A stretch of DNA of 64,000 nucleotides from Bacteroidota bacterium (GCA_016711505.1 JADJSV010000002.1:199674-263673), one strand, 5' to 3'. Positions 10,938-21,978 are shown, numbered from the stretch's first letter. Numbers and translations: made by a program. Notes: generated from the letters alone by a model not told the origin.

Positions 10938-12189
10938 TTATTTCTGTACATTATTTTCGGTTTGAATAAAGCTTTCGCTGTCTACCATAAATTGTGCATT
11001 GGCAGCAACCATTTCATTTTCTTTTAATCCGGATTTTATTTGAACCAATGAATCTGTGAAAGCTCCCGTTTGTATTAATTTAGTAACAAAACAGTTTTCT
11101 GATTTTACAAATACGATTTGATTATATCCTAAGTTTACAATTGCATTTCGTGGCAACCATATTCCCTTAATTTCTGATGAAGTAATATTAGCAGAAACCA
11201 GAGTACCTATTTTAAGTTGTCGGTCTTGGGAATTCTTCAAATACACTCTTGCTTTAATTGCAGAATAATTTTGACCGGCAACAGGTTCAATGTAACTGAT
11301 GGTGGATTGAATAACAGTAGTTGGATTTGCTTCAGTAGTGAGAGACTTTATCACCTATATTGATTAGTGCAGCATCTTGTGGAAATATATCCAACACTGC
11401 CCAAACCTGACTTATATTGTAAACCGAAAAAAATGCCTGACCACTTTGCAAATACATTCCTTCCTTAATTGAAAGTGCGGAGGTTCTTGAGGAGGAAAGA
11501 TTCTCAACTTGCATTTGTGTGGGCGATTCACTAGTTGTATTCATTCCTGAACTCATTCCATTCCCCTTGGAAGGTGCAGCAGAAGTAACTCCACTGCTAA
11601 TTCCTAAATCATGAATGTGCCCAGTATAAGGGCTGTATATTGGTAATGGATTTATCGGTTGTTTCGTGGTTTCAATTTGTTTAAGTTGTTCATTGTTTAA
11701 TCCTAGCAATTGTAATTTAGTTTTAGATGAATTGATGAGCGGAAAGTCCTTAATAGAACTGTTCAAAAGATAAATTAGATTTTGTTGTTCAGTCAAAATT
11801 TCCGGACTGTAGATATCCATGATTCGCTGACCTTTAAAAACATTTTCAAAATTGAAGCGCACATACAATTTTTCAATTCGCCCACTGAACCGTGCGCTGA
11901 TATTGTTGAGTGAGCGAGGATCGTAAACAATTACGCCTATTGCATTTAATCGGGGCGTGATCGTTTGTTGCATAGGTAGAATTGTTTTTACGTCACTAAA
12001 TACTGTTTGATTAGTTGGTTGTTCTAAGCCTTCCAACTCACTGGTCTTGTTTGCCTGAATGTGTTTGTGTTCGTCTCGGCTACTACAAGACGAGATGAAA
12101 ATCAGAATTGCAATCCCGATAAACACCGAGAAAGCAACGATCCCATTGCCTCTTGCCATGCCCTTATCGAATTTCCAATTCTTTTTCAT
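10938..12189 (-). CDS. RND efflux membrane-fusion protein (HlyD/CzcB family). There is a frameshift at the overlap 11332-11354.
   Basis: ORFs 11332-12189 and 10938-11354 overlap by 23 nt in different frames. The lipoprotein N-terminus and the adaptor coiled-coil/beta-barrel regions are both present. Confidence 0.7.
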
Positions 12190-13390
12190 ATTCTACTTGT
12201 AATTTAAAAAGTACATTCAATTGGTCTAATTCATTCATTTTTGCCATTCGATGCATCTTCAACGCATCAAGTACGACAAAAAGATCCTCTGTATTTTGCT
12301 CATAGGCAAGCATTGAGGTTTCATAACTCTTGAAATAGGTTGGAATTATCAGATTGGTATAATTAGTTAGTTGCTGCTTTGAATATTTCATTTGTGTCTG
12401 CAATGAGGCTATTTTCCCTGCTGTTTCATTGACAAGAGATTGTTTTTGATAACCTATAGCATTGAGGGTGTTGTTCAACCCTTTAATATTTGATTTGTAT
12501 TCTTTGGTTGCCCACGGCGCAATTGGAATTGTCATCATTCCCATTGCTGAATACTGATTAGGCATCATACCCAGTGATTGCATGTGACTTAGTGAAATTC
12601 CAAAGTCAGGCAAGCGTTTCGATTTTTCGTATTGCTGTTGGAATTTAAGTAAGCCAATATTTGCATCAAATTGTTTGATATCGCTGCGTGATGTTGTAAT
12701 AAGGAAAGTATCAATTAACTGCAATTCATAATCGTATGATATGAATGAGGTATCAACATCAAACTCATATGACTTGTCAATATTCATGAGAGTGTTAAGT
12801 TCAATATTTTTCATTTTCATATCGCCAACCAACATTGCTTCCATATTGCGTAATTCAAATAAGTCTGCCTGAGATTTGTAAATGTTATTGAGTTTTTCTT
12901 TGTTAAAGGTGAAACGATTTTGTGCAACCTGAACGATATAATTTAAAAGGGAATCGGTTTGCATCAATACATAGTATTTCTTTTGCAGCACTATCCATTC
13001 GTAATAATTCGTTTTAGCCATTGCGAACATTTCATTCTTCTTTGCAGCTTTTCCTTGTTGTTCAATTGAAGCCATGCCCTGCATAAATTGATAATTCGCC
13101 TTTTGTTTTGCAGGATTCGGAATCATTTGTTCTCCTGTTATCATCCACATCCCATCGCTAAAGTTTTTGTAGGGAGCTTGCCACGGACCTGTAGAAAAAG
13201 TGGGAGGCATCCAACTTTTTGCCATCTCCGAATAATTATTCGCAGCATTGATTTGCTCATCATACATTTTGAGCATTGGGTTATTACTTTCTATCCTACT
13301 CAAAACTGAGTCAATTGTCAACACTTGTCCGAATGTTTGAATTGCACAAACACAAAAAATAAATAGCAATATTCTTTTATTATTCTTCAT
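12164..13390 (-). CDS. TolC-family outer-membrane efflux protein (CzcC/CusC-like)
   Basis: Signal peptide, ~408 aa, with the typical OEP repeat composition. It overlaps the upstream czcA 3' end by 11 nt. Confidence 0.8.
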   Translation of the reverse strand: MKNNKRILLFIFCVCAIQTFGQVLTIDSVLSRIESNNPMLKMYDEQINAANNYSEMAKSWMPPTFSTGPWQAPYKNFSDGMWMITGEQMIPNPAKQKANYQFMQGMASIEQQGKAAKKNEMFAMAKTNYYEWIVLQKKYYVLMQTDSLLNYIVQVAQNRFTFNKEKLNNIYKSQADLFELRNMEAMLVGDMKMKNIELNTLMNIDKSYEFDVDTSFISYDYELQLIDTFLITTSRSDIKQFDANIGLLKFQQQYEKSKRLPDFGISLSHMQSLGMMPNQYSAMGMMTIPIAPWATKEYKSNIKGLNNTLNAIGYQKQSLVNETAGKIASLQTQMKYSKQQLTNYTNLIIPTYFKSYETSMLAYEQNTEDLFVVLDALKMHRMAKMNELDQLNVLFKLQVEYEKELEIR

Positions 13391-15326
13391 TTATTCCCGG
13401 CAGGATTATTTTTCCATGTTTTTTTAATTCTCTTTCCTTTCCCATTTCATAAATTATAGGTGTTACCAATAAGACATAAATAGTAGAAGTAATTACACCG
13501 CCAATCAAGGGAATTGTAATTGGCAACATCACATCGCTGCCCGTACCAGTTGACCAGAGTATAGGAATTAAGCCAAAGAGCGAAACGGAAACAGTCATTA
13601 ATTTTGGCCGCAACCGTTGAACGGCACCGTCCATTATGTATTTACGTAAATCAGCCTTTGAAATAGTTTCATTTGAATTACCTTTATCTTTAACCAACTT
13701 TTCCATATACTCATTAAGGTATATAACCATCAACATTGCTGTTTCAATTGCTACACCAAACAATGCGATAAAACCAACGGCAACGGCAACTGATAAATTC
13801 ACTCCATAGAAATAAACCATATACACTCCGCCTATTAATGCAAACGGAACAGTAATAATAGTCAGTAAAGCTTCTTTCAATGATTTGTAAGTAAAATACA
13901 ATACCATAAAAATGATAATAAGAACAATTGGCATTATAAATTTTAATGTTTTGTTCGCACGAATTTGATTTTCATATTGACCGCTCCATTCAAGGTTGTA
14001 ACCTTTCGGAAGTTTGGAAAACATTTTGTCCAATTTGTCTTGTGCTTCTTTCACTGTGCTTCCCAAGTCACGATCCCGTACATTGAACAATACTGTTCCC
14101 CGCAACATAGCGTTTTCTGAGTTAATCATTGGTGGACCTTCCGAAACAGTTACTTCAGCTACTGATGAAAGCGGAACGGTTCCATAATTCATAGTTTTTA
14201 TTGGAATTTGGTTTATGGCTTCTAAACTGTTTCTGTAGTCCTGTGCGAACCGTGCATTCACCGTAAATCGTTCTCTGCCTTCAATTGTTGTAGTTAGATT
14301 CATTCCCCCTAATGCAGTTTCAACATACATATTCACATCATCCACACTCAAACCATATTTCCCAATTTCGTTTTTTTTCACTGTAATATCCACATATCTC
14401 CCTCCTGTAACGGGTTCAACATATAAATCTTTAATGCCATTGATCCCTTGCAATTCATTTTTCATTTTTACCGCAAGAGTATAGATGGAATCTAGATTCT
14501 GTCCATAAATTTTCAATCCTACATCTGTTCTTATTCCTGTTGAAAGCATGTTGATTCGGTTGATAATAGGTTGAGTGAAACCGTTAACTACACCTGGAAT
14601 TTGCAACTTTGCATTCAATTCGTTAATTATCTCGTTCTTGGTTATACCGATTCTCCATTGTGCCTTTGGTTTCAATAGAATAATTGTTTCAATCATACTG
14701 ATTGGAGAATTATCGGTCGCTGTGTTTGCTCTGCCAGCTTTGCCTAATACATTTCCTACTTCAGGAACTGACATAATTAATTTATCCTGTACCTGTAAAA
14801 TTCTTTTAACCTCAGAATTTGATACATCTGGTAGTGTTACAGGCATGAACAGTATAGAGCCTTCATCCAATGGAGGCATAAACTCTGAGCCCATTCGAAA
14901 CAACATAATACCACCAACGGTGAGCGCTATTATATTTAGTGCTATTACTGTTTTTCGCCAATGCAAGCACCATTTCAAAATAGGAGAGTAAATCTTCTCC
15001 AAGACCCGCGTTACAGGGTTTGCACTTTCAGGTTTTAATTTCCCTTTTAGAATAAATGAAATCAAAACAGGTGCAAGCGTAATAGCAAGAAATGCATCAA
15101 TAATAAGTATGAAAGATTTTGTCCAAGCTAGTGGATGAAACATTTTTCCTTCAATACCGGTAAGTAAAAAAACGGGGAGAAAAGAGGTAATTACAACGAT
15201 GGTTGAATAAAACACACCAGGCCCTACCTGTTTCGAGGACTTTTCAATAATTTGTAATCGTTCTTTACTTTCCACCTTTGCAATTATTTTTAAAAAAATA
15301 GCGAAACTATTTATTAATAACAGCAC
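13380..15326 (-). CDS. czcA: CzcA/CusA-family RND pump, C-terminal fragment (about residue 415 to the end). The 5' ~50 nt of the ORF is AT-rich non-czcA read-through from a GTG.
   Basis: 'KERLQIIEKSSKQVGPGVFYSTIVVITSFLPVFLLTGIEGKMFHPLAWTKS' aligns to CusA TM5 onward, and the match continues to the conserved C-terminus '...MLPITIPLIGGVITSTIYVLLVTP'. Confidence 0.85.
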   Translation of the reverse strand: MLLLINSFAIFLKIIAKVESKERLQIIEKSSKQVGPGVFYSTIVVITSFLPVFLLTGIEGKMFHPLAWTKSFILIIDAFLAITLAPVLISFILKGKLKPESANPVTRVLEKIYSPILKWCLHWRKTVIALNIIALTVGGIMLFRMGSEFMPPLDEGSILFMPVTLPDVSNSEVKRILQVQDKLIMSVPEVGNVLGKAGRANTATDNSPISMIETIILLKPKAQWRIGITKNEIINELNAKLQIPGVVNGFTQPIINRINMLSTGIRTDVGLKIYGQNLDSIYTLAVKMKNELQGINGIKDLYVEPVTGGRYVDITVKKNEIGKYGLSVDDVNMYVETALGGMNLTTTIEGRERFTVNARFAQDYRNSLEAINQIPIKTMNYGTVPLSSVAEVTVSEGPPMINSENAMLRGTVLFNVRDRDLGSTVKEAQDKLDKMFSKLPKGYNLEWSGQYENQIRANKTLKFIMPIVLIIIFMVLYFTYKSLKEALLTIITVPFALIGGVYMVYFYGVNLSVAVAVGFIALFGVAIETAMLMVIYLNEYMEKLVKDKGNSNETISKADLRKYIMDGAVQRLRPKLMTVSVSLFGLIPILWSTGTGSDVMLPITIPLIGGVITSTIYVLLVTPIIYEMGKERELKKHGKIILPGINEE

Positions 15327-15383
15327 AAGTTACAATAAACAATTTTTTAAAATATGACTTCTGTCCTGTAATACAGCATATAA

Positions 15384-15602
15384 CTATTGCTTTACAACAC
15401 TTTCCAAGGCCATGTCACACTTAGGACAATTATCTGCTTTCGCTGAAATTACTTCCAAGTGCATTGGACACTGAAAAAATGTTTTTCCCGAATCAACTTT
15501 TGACGTGTCGAGAGTAAATGTGCTTGTTGTTGATCCATCTTTTGGTGATGAACACGCTACCATTAAAACTGCAATAGCGGAAATTACAAATGCTTTTTTC
15601 AT
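15384..15602 (-). CDS. Small lipoprotein with a C-terminal heavy-metal-binding domain (HMBD), paralog of 9439-9708
   Basis: Lipobox MVACS. C-terminus 'FFQCPMHLEVISAKADNCPKCDMAL'. Confidence 0.65.
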   Translation of the reverse strand: MKKAFVISAIAVLMVACSSPKDGSTTSTFTLDTSKVDSGKTFFQCPMHLEVISAKADNCPKCDMALESVVKQ

Positions 15603-15713
15603 ATTTTATTTATTTATTAACCTTGTTTTATTGTTCACTCTCGCTTCTAATAAATTACATTTTGAATCCATCTTGAATGCTTACATGCCATCTTTTATCA
15701 AGCATTTTTATAT

Positions 15714-17147
15714 TTATTGTCTGATAAATTTGCTTAACAATTCTCCCTTTTCTGTTTCAATTTTTAAAACATACATTCCATTTTCAGGAGAAATTTTCAA
15801 ATTTACTTCTCCATTGATTACCTGACATTTGCTGTTAATAGTACATTGCCCTAAAACATTTTCAATTTTAAAATTGTACTCTCCATCTGGAACCGCACTA
15901 AGTAGCATTTTAATTTCTTCAGAACCCGCGGGATTAGGATACAATAAAATTCTACCCGTTTCAACCACAGAAATATTTGTCGTCGGAATATAAATACCAC
16001 TTTTGAATTTTACAGTTCCTGAAATATCGTCTTGCCAAACGACATAGACATTTCCATCATGAATTGCAACGTCTGCGTTCACAACTCCTGCATTAGCAAT
16101 TGTGTCAGTTACCGGATTCAAGCCGTTATTTATATCAGATGAAAACCGTAATAGTGCTTTATTTTCACCTGAAACTGTTTCCTTCCACACTATTCCGACG
16201 GCAGACTCATAGTTTGAGATTCGTGGGTAGTTCTGATCATTATTACCTGATAATTGTTGAACAGATGTAAGCGACATATTACTGATAGACGAACTGCTGA
16301 AATAAACTTTTGGAGAACCACTTGCACCATTCATGAAAACCGAATACAGAGAATCTTCAACGATAACTCCATCTGGTCCCGTAGACGGACAAGCCATAAT
16401 CATCCAATTATTTAAATCAACATTCCAGCCGTTTGTAAACGATATAGCATTATCCATTGAGATACTTGTCCAGCTATCTCTAATATTGTTTAGGTTGTCA
16501 CGATAAAGCATAGCAACAGTATTTCCTTCGCTTACAATTGAACTCGGACAGCAATCACATACGACGCCACCTGACCAGCCACTTGCTAAAACATCTGTTA
16601 TAAAAGTATTTCCATAATCCGAAGATCTTGTTACCATCCATCTTGCATTTGAAAAGTTAGGATCCAATTTCATAAACCCAACTATTGGATTTCCTGAATC
16701 GTCTATTGTAACTGTTGGAAACCGACTAAGGTCAGGAGTAACGAAATCCACTTGAATTGGTGATGAAAATGACTGTCCACCATCAAAAGAACTGACAATG
16801 TAAATCGGGTTAACATCTTCGGGTGTTTCTTTGATCACAATGTAAACTGTATCTCCTCGTGAAGCAATGTCTGGCCCGGCCCAAGATGCAGTAAATACAG
16901 GGATTGAAGGTGGGTTGATCGTTATAGGGCTTGTAAACATTGTTCCGTTCCACTTGGAGAATTTACATTCATTTGACGATCCTTTTCCCCAAATAATCAT
17001 AGGATTTCCTGAAGCATCAGTAACAACTCTAGGATGAAGGTTCCCATCCATTGACATTGCAACGGTGACTTCAGATGACCATGTCACTTGCTGGGCATCT
17101 GCTCTTAGGATAAATAATATTGAGAGAAGTAGGATAAGATATTTCAT
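15714..17147 (-). CDS. Secreted BNR/sialidase-fold-like beta-propeller protein with a T9SS C-terminal sorting domain
   Basis: Signal peptide. The C-terminus 'LYPNPAGSEEIKMLL...GEYNFKIENVLGQ...MYVLKIETEKG' is a T9SS CTD. The body is Ser/Asp/Gly-rich, consistent with a propeller. Confidence 0.55.
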   Translation of the reverse strand: MKYLILLLSILFILRADAQQVTWSSEVTVAMSMDGNLHPRVVTDASGNPMIIWGKGSSNECKFSKWNGTMFTSPITINPPSIPVFTASWAGPDIASRGDTVYIVIKETPEDVNPIYIVSSFDGGQSFSSPIQVDFVTPDLSRFPTVTIDDSGNPIVGFMKLDPNFSNARWMVTRSSDYGNTFITDVLASGWSGGVVCDCCPSSIVSEGNTVAMLYRDNLNNIRDSWTSISMDNAISFTNGWNVDLNNWMIMACPSTGPDGVIVEDSLYSVFMNGASGSPKVYFSSSSISNMSLTSVQQLSGNNDQNYPRISNYESAVGIVWKETVSGENKALLRFSSDINNGLNPVTDTIANAGVVNADVAIHDGNVYVVWQDDISGTVKFKSGIYIPTTNISVVETGRILLYPNPAGSEEIKMLLSAVPDGEYNFKIENVLGQCTINSKCQVINGEVNLKISPENGMYVLKIETEKGELLSKFIRQ

Positions 17148-17155
17148 TTGTTAGA

Positions 17156-18883
17156 TTATAGTTTAATTATTTTACAATACTGAGATTTATGGTTGTCAGT
17201 AACTCTTAAAATATATATACCTGATTGAATACTGTGCAAGTCAATAATAAATTCTGATGAATTGTAATTCAATTTTTTTGAGAGAGCACAGTCTGGTTTG
17301 AGCTATTAAATACAGAGTATTCTATTTCTTTTTCAAAACCTTTCAGTGAAATCCTTACAGATCCGGAAACGGGATTAGGACTGCATTCTAACACTTCAAT
17401 ATTCTTACTTGGATTATTTATATCTGATGTTCCTGGTAAAACAACAAACGATCCCATCATACCATCATCTTCATGGTGTAGTAAATGACAATGATACATG
17501 TAAGGTATGGTGTCTGCAAAATCTTCAAACTTGGTTATAAAGGATACTGATTCATTAGGCATGACTAAAACAACATCCTTCTTCACTTGTTCTGAAACAG
17601 GAACAGAAATACCATTGACATCGGTGACATAAAATTGTACATCATGAATATGAAATGGATGGGCGATCAGTGTATTATTTATTAAAGTCCATTTTTCAAC
17701 ATGATTTAAATAGGTAGTATCGTTTATCGTATCCATACTAAATTGATGTCCATTGATTGTAAATGGACCTTCAACCATTTCCATCGGCCCCATAGTTTGT
17801 GGCGCAAAAACGATATCTCTTGTTCTGTTTATCAGACTAGCATCAATTGGTTGGAAATTAACTAATGAAGTTGGAATAGAGGTAACGGATTAAGTGTTGG
17901 GGCAACAACATTTATTTCAAGAAGATCATAATCCGCACCATTTAAGAAATTCAGGTTGTAGTCGGGAATTTGACTCATTCCATTTCCAACATTTTGAGCA
18001 CCTAGAATTCCATCAGGTAATCCACTGCCGTAATTCATCATTGAAATAGTTTGCCCCTGCATTCCGGTAAGATCAATTAGAATTTCAGCTCTTTCTCCGG
18101 GTGATAATTGTAATCGGTTTTTTGCAATAGGGGATCTAACTAAACCACCATCCGTTGCGATTTGATAGAAAGTCATATTGTTTGAGAAACCAAATAAGAA
18201 TGAACGATCAGATGCACCATCGAGTAATCTAAAACGCACAACTTGCGCAGGTGCATTAAAAAAAGCATCGATGGTCGCATTGATCATTGGCACAGTATCA
18301 AACACAGTAGCAATTGCTGTCTGATATAGTACATCAAAACATTTGGTCTGAACTATAAGTGGAACATCATCTATTCCATAAGTTCTCGTAAATTCAATGC
18401 TGATTCAGCACTGTCTTTCACTATTATTAATCCTGCAAGTCCTTTTGAAACTTGAATATCAGTACGATTTTGACCATGTGGATGATACCAATATGTTGCA
18501 GCATCATTCATTACGGTAAATGAAGGCGACCAGGTTGCTCCCGGCATGATCATTTGGTGTGGACCACCATCCGCATGTGCAGGAACATGTAAACCATGCC
18601 AGTGCATAGTTGTAACCGGTGGAATATTGTTTGTTACATTCAGTGTTACATTGTCACCTTTATTTAAAATCAACGTTGGGCCAAGAATGTTTCCATTAAC
18701 ACCATAAGTCGGGGTTTGATGGCCTGCAAAAAATTCCGTTGAATCCGCTTGAACCGTTAAATTGAAATTTGTACCCGACAAAGTGGGTGGAATAAATAAA
18801 GGATTTTGTGAATACGATTTATTAGCAATGACGAAAAGGATCGTCACTGCTAATAAATTGAATATTGATTGTTTGTTTTTCAT
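17156..18883 (-). CDS. Multicopper oxidase (three-domain laccase/CueO-like) with a T9SS C-terminal sorting domain. It is split over about 4 frames.
   Basis: Domain 1 carries HWHG and WYHPH. Domain 3 carries HPFHIHD and HCHLLHHEDDGMMG (T1/T2/T3 copper ligands). The tail '...EFIIDLHSIQSGIYILRVTDNHKSQYCKII' reads in another frame after an A7 run. Confidence 0.8.
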
Positions 18884-19662
18884 TAGTGAGCAATATTTAT
18901 TCTTTTGTTAATTGATTTGCCATTACTAAGGATTTGTACTGTATAAACACCGGATGGGATGCTAGACAGGTTCGAACTTACTTTATGGATTCCGCTGTTG
19001 GCTTCTTCATTTGCAATCTCGCGAATTAATTTTCCTGAAACATCTAACAGATTGATCGTAACATTAGTCTTTGATTTCATATTCAATTCAATTGAGAATA
19101 GATCATTCACAGGATTTGGATACAATGAAACATTTTCAATTGTTGCAGGTAAATCATTTACTTTTGACGTTGCAAAGAAGTTTCTTGCCGCAATACCAAT
19201 TGCAGTTGTATCACTTATGGAAAATCCCACATTTGTAAAAAGCACATCATGTCCTGACCCTGCAGCAACTGCTACAGTTGGCATTCCGAAGCCTCCATAA
19301 TAAGCAACCAATGCCGCACCCTGATCGAATATTGCACTATTGAATCCATTTGTGTTTTTGAATCCGGACATAGTAGCGCAAGTGTAGCTATTCGTGTAAG
19401 CGATCTGATACCACTTTACTCTGCCCGGATATTCTGCCTGAAGATCCATGACCATTGCCTCAATAGCATGCCCAGCAGCTATACAAGAATTGCAAGTCAT
19501 GACAAATTCCATGATCACAACCTGACCTGAATCAAGTTCAGAGAATAAATGATGTGATTGACCATCGCAATCAACTTTTGTAAAATCCATCGCAGTCGTT
19601 TGAGCTTTGGAAATCACCGAAACGAACATCAAAGCAATCATTAGATAAAATGATTTTTTCAT
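18883..19662 (-). CDS. Thioredoxin-fold (CxxC) protein with a T9SS C-terminal sorting domain
   Basis: 'GQVVIMEFVMTCNSCIAAGH' is a TlpA/redoxin-like CxxC context. C-terminus 'LYPNPVNDLFSIEL...LLDVSGKLI...GVYTVQILSNGKSINKRI'. Confidence 0.5.
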   Translation of the reverse strand: MKKSFYLMIALMFVSVISKAQTTAMDFTKVDCDGQSHHLFSELDSGQVVIMEFVMTCNSCIAAGHAIEAMVMDLQAEYPGRVKWYQIAYTNSYTCATMSGFKNTNGFNSAIFDQGAALVAYYGGFGMPTVAVAAGSGHDVLFTNVGFSISDTTAIGIAARNFFATSKVNDLPATIENVSLYPNPVNDLFSIELNMKSKTNVTINLLDVSGKLIREIANEEANSGIHKVSSNLSSIPSGVYTVQILSNGKSINKRINIAH

Positions 19663-19747
19663 TTTGTTTTATTGTTTTTTGAATTATGTATAAATAGGAA
19701 TAGTCGCCCTTCCGAAATGGAGGCGACGCTTAATAGAAAGTATTATT

Positions 19748-20129
19748 TCAAATTAAGAAAGTACTGTTTCGCTTGTAAATAGGAGCCTGATTTAAATTAG
19801 GCGGTGGTTTGTCCAATGAGAAATGGACGTATTCAGAAAAAGAGATAAGAGATTTAACATCAAAAATCGTTGGTATTAATAATGAGAACTGGTAATTAAG
19901 AAATGAAGAGGTTGAAGATTTACTGTGAACAGACTTAACTTTAAAATACTTGATCTCATTTTTACAGCAATCGGGATTCATTTCCCCTTTACCGCATTTG
20001 CAAGAATGTTCATCTGTAAAAACAATCTGCACAGAACTAATTTTTTCCGCAATAATGAAATTGAAGTCCGACACCGAAGGTGGTCACGGAATAAATAATC
20101 AAAATAAGGAAGGAGATCAATCGCTTCAT
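19748..20129 (-). CDS. HYC_CC_PP-family small secreted protein (motifs HYCG, DCCKNE, PPP). There is a frameshift after the signal peptide.
   Basis: An upstream frame gives MKRLISFLILIIYSVTTFGVGLQFHYCGK, then the ORF continues '...CKCGKGEMNPDCCKNEIKYFKV...LDKPPPN'. The family assignment is from memory. Confidence 0.45.
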
Positions 20130-20612
20130 TAAGGTCGAAGATAAGCTATTTGCATTTAACTTCAAAAAATGAAAGATTAAATTGAATTTAACCAATTGAT
20201 TGAAGAATCAGGGGTTTCATACAAATTTCGAAATTTACTTAGAAATGAAATATTTAAATCTTTTTAGATGAAACTCACAAACTGCATTTGTACTCCTCAC
20301 TGGACTGAGTTTGAACCTATTTTATGAGGATTTGAAGAGATTAAAGGGTGTAAAGGAAGTTTTGGTCTAAATTTTTAAAAAGATGAGTCCTTGTTTCAAA
20401 AAAGCTGCATTATTTCAAATGGCATTAAAATCAAACCCTGCTTCAAAATAAGATTACTTCACTTTCATTCAGCGAAAAGTATGTGGAAAGGAGAGCCTAA
20501 AACATTTATTTAGGTGATTTCTATCATTTCTCGTAATGAGGTATATCATCTCATTCCTGATTTCATTAATGGAGATTTACAAATCAATATAATATATACT
20601 AAAAAAAAGAAA

Positions 20613-21978
20613 ATGGAAACGAAATATCTACATAATATAATAATTGTGCTTGGGCTACTTTTCTCATTCAATAACACAAATGCTCAATGTGGTCCGGCAG
20701 GAAATGGAACTAATGGTGGAATCCATTGCATGTATCCGGACTCAATGCGAAATTGCTTATATGTTGGAGGTGGATTTCATAATTCTGGAATGGATACGAT
20801 AAATCATTGTGGTTATTGGAATGATAGTACCTATTTTCCAATGTCGATGATGGGAAATAATGGGTGTAATGATTCAGTATGGTGTTTCGCCATGTTTAAT
20901 GGTGATTTATATGTTGGAGGCGAATTTACACAGGCTGGTGGAGTTGCATGCAATCATATTGCAAGATGGGATGGAACTAGTTGGTATGCTGTAGGAGACG
21001 GTTTTAATCAACCTGTACATGCATTGGCAGCATTCAACTACGAACTTTATGCAGGTGGCGATTTTACTTCTTCAGGTGCAACCACTTTAAACATATAGCA
21101 AAATGGTCTGGCTCCAATGGAATCAAATTGGCACCGGAACTAATGATGATGTTGAAGCTATGTGCGTTTGGAATAATGCTCTATATATCGGTGGAGATTT
21201 TACTATTGCAGGCGGGATTACCGTCAATCGAATTTGTAAATGGGATGGTACCAATTTTCGTTCTGTTGGTAGTGGCTTCACTTCCGGAATGGGACAATGC
21301 ATGGTGCATTCACTTTGTGTTTACAATGGAAATTTATGCGCAGGTGGCATGTTTGAGCACGCAGGAACAAATGACATGCACAACTTGGCAATGTGGAACG
21401 GTTCAAATTGGTCCTCACTTGGAGACATCGATGGTTCAGGAATGGGCGATAATGTAGTTAGTGCAATGTGTGCTTATAATGGACATCTATTTATTGGCGG
21501 TAATTTTGGTTCATGTGGCTCAACCTCATCAAGCAATTTAGGAATGTGGGATGGTTCTTCTTGGTCAAGTATCGGAACAGGAATAGACGGCCAAGTGAAT
21601 TCTCTTGCTGTCTATCACAATGAGCTTTACATTGGTGGTTCATTTACAAATGCTGCTGGAACTTCTGTAAATAATATTGCTAAGTACTCCCTAATATCGG
21701 TATTCAACCAATTGATGTTAAGATTAATTCAATCAAGGTTTATCCTAATCCGGCAATTGATTATGTGCAAATAAGCTGGATTAACGAGCAATCATCAAAA
21801 ATAATTTTGAGCATAACAGATATTACCGGAAGGATTCTATTTGAAAAAAATGAAGGTGAAATTGCTGTTGGTTTTCATCAGGAACTTGTTCCGAAATTAT
21901 TTAAGTAATGGAATTTATTTCGTTACTCTCAATTCAACGGATAGAAAATATTCACTTAAGTTTCAAATAAACAAGTAG
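20613..21978 (+). CDS. Secreted beta-propeller-repeat protein (~50-aa repeats 'LYVGGxFTxAGGxxxNxIAxWDGxxW') with a T9SS C-terminal sorting domain. There are at least 3 frameshifts.
   Basis: Signal peptide METKYLHNIIIVLGLLFSFNNTNAQ. Repeats fill ORFs 20514-21098 and 21103-21774. The CTD 'IKVYPNPAIDYVQISW...ITDITGRILF...GIYFVTLNSTDRKYSLKF' is recovered in other frames. Confidence 0.6.

Noticed and set aside
13088-14991. Plus-strand ORFs 13088-13309 and 14575-14991 inside the OMP/czcA genes
   Set aside because: Antisense shadow ORFs within well-supported CDSs.
8159-15326. czcA N- and C-fragments interpreted as two independent truncated paralogs
   Set aside because: This is possible, but both breakpoints fall within about 5 residues of the same position in the protein with no overlap. 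That is unlikely for two independent deletions. I kept it as an alternative in the finding.
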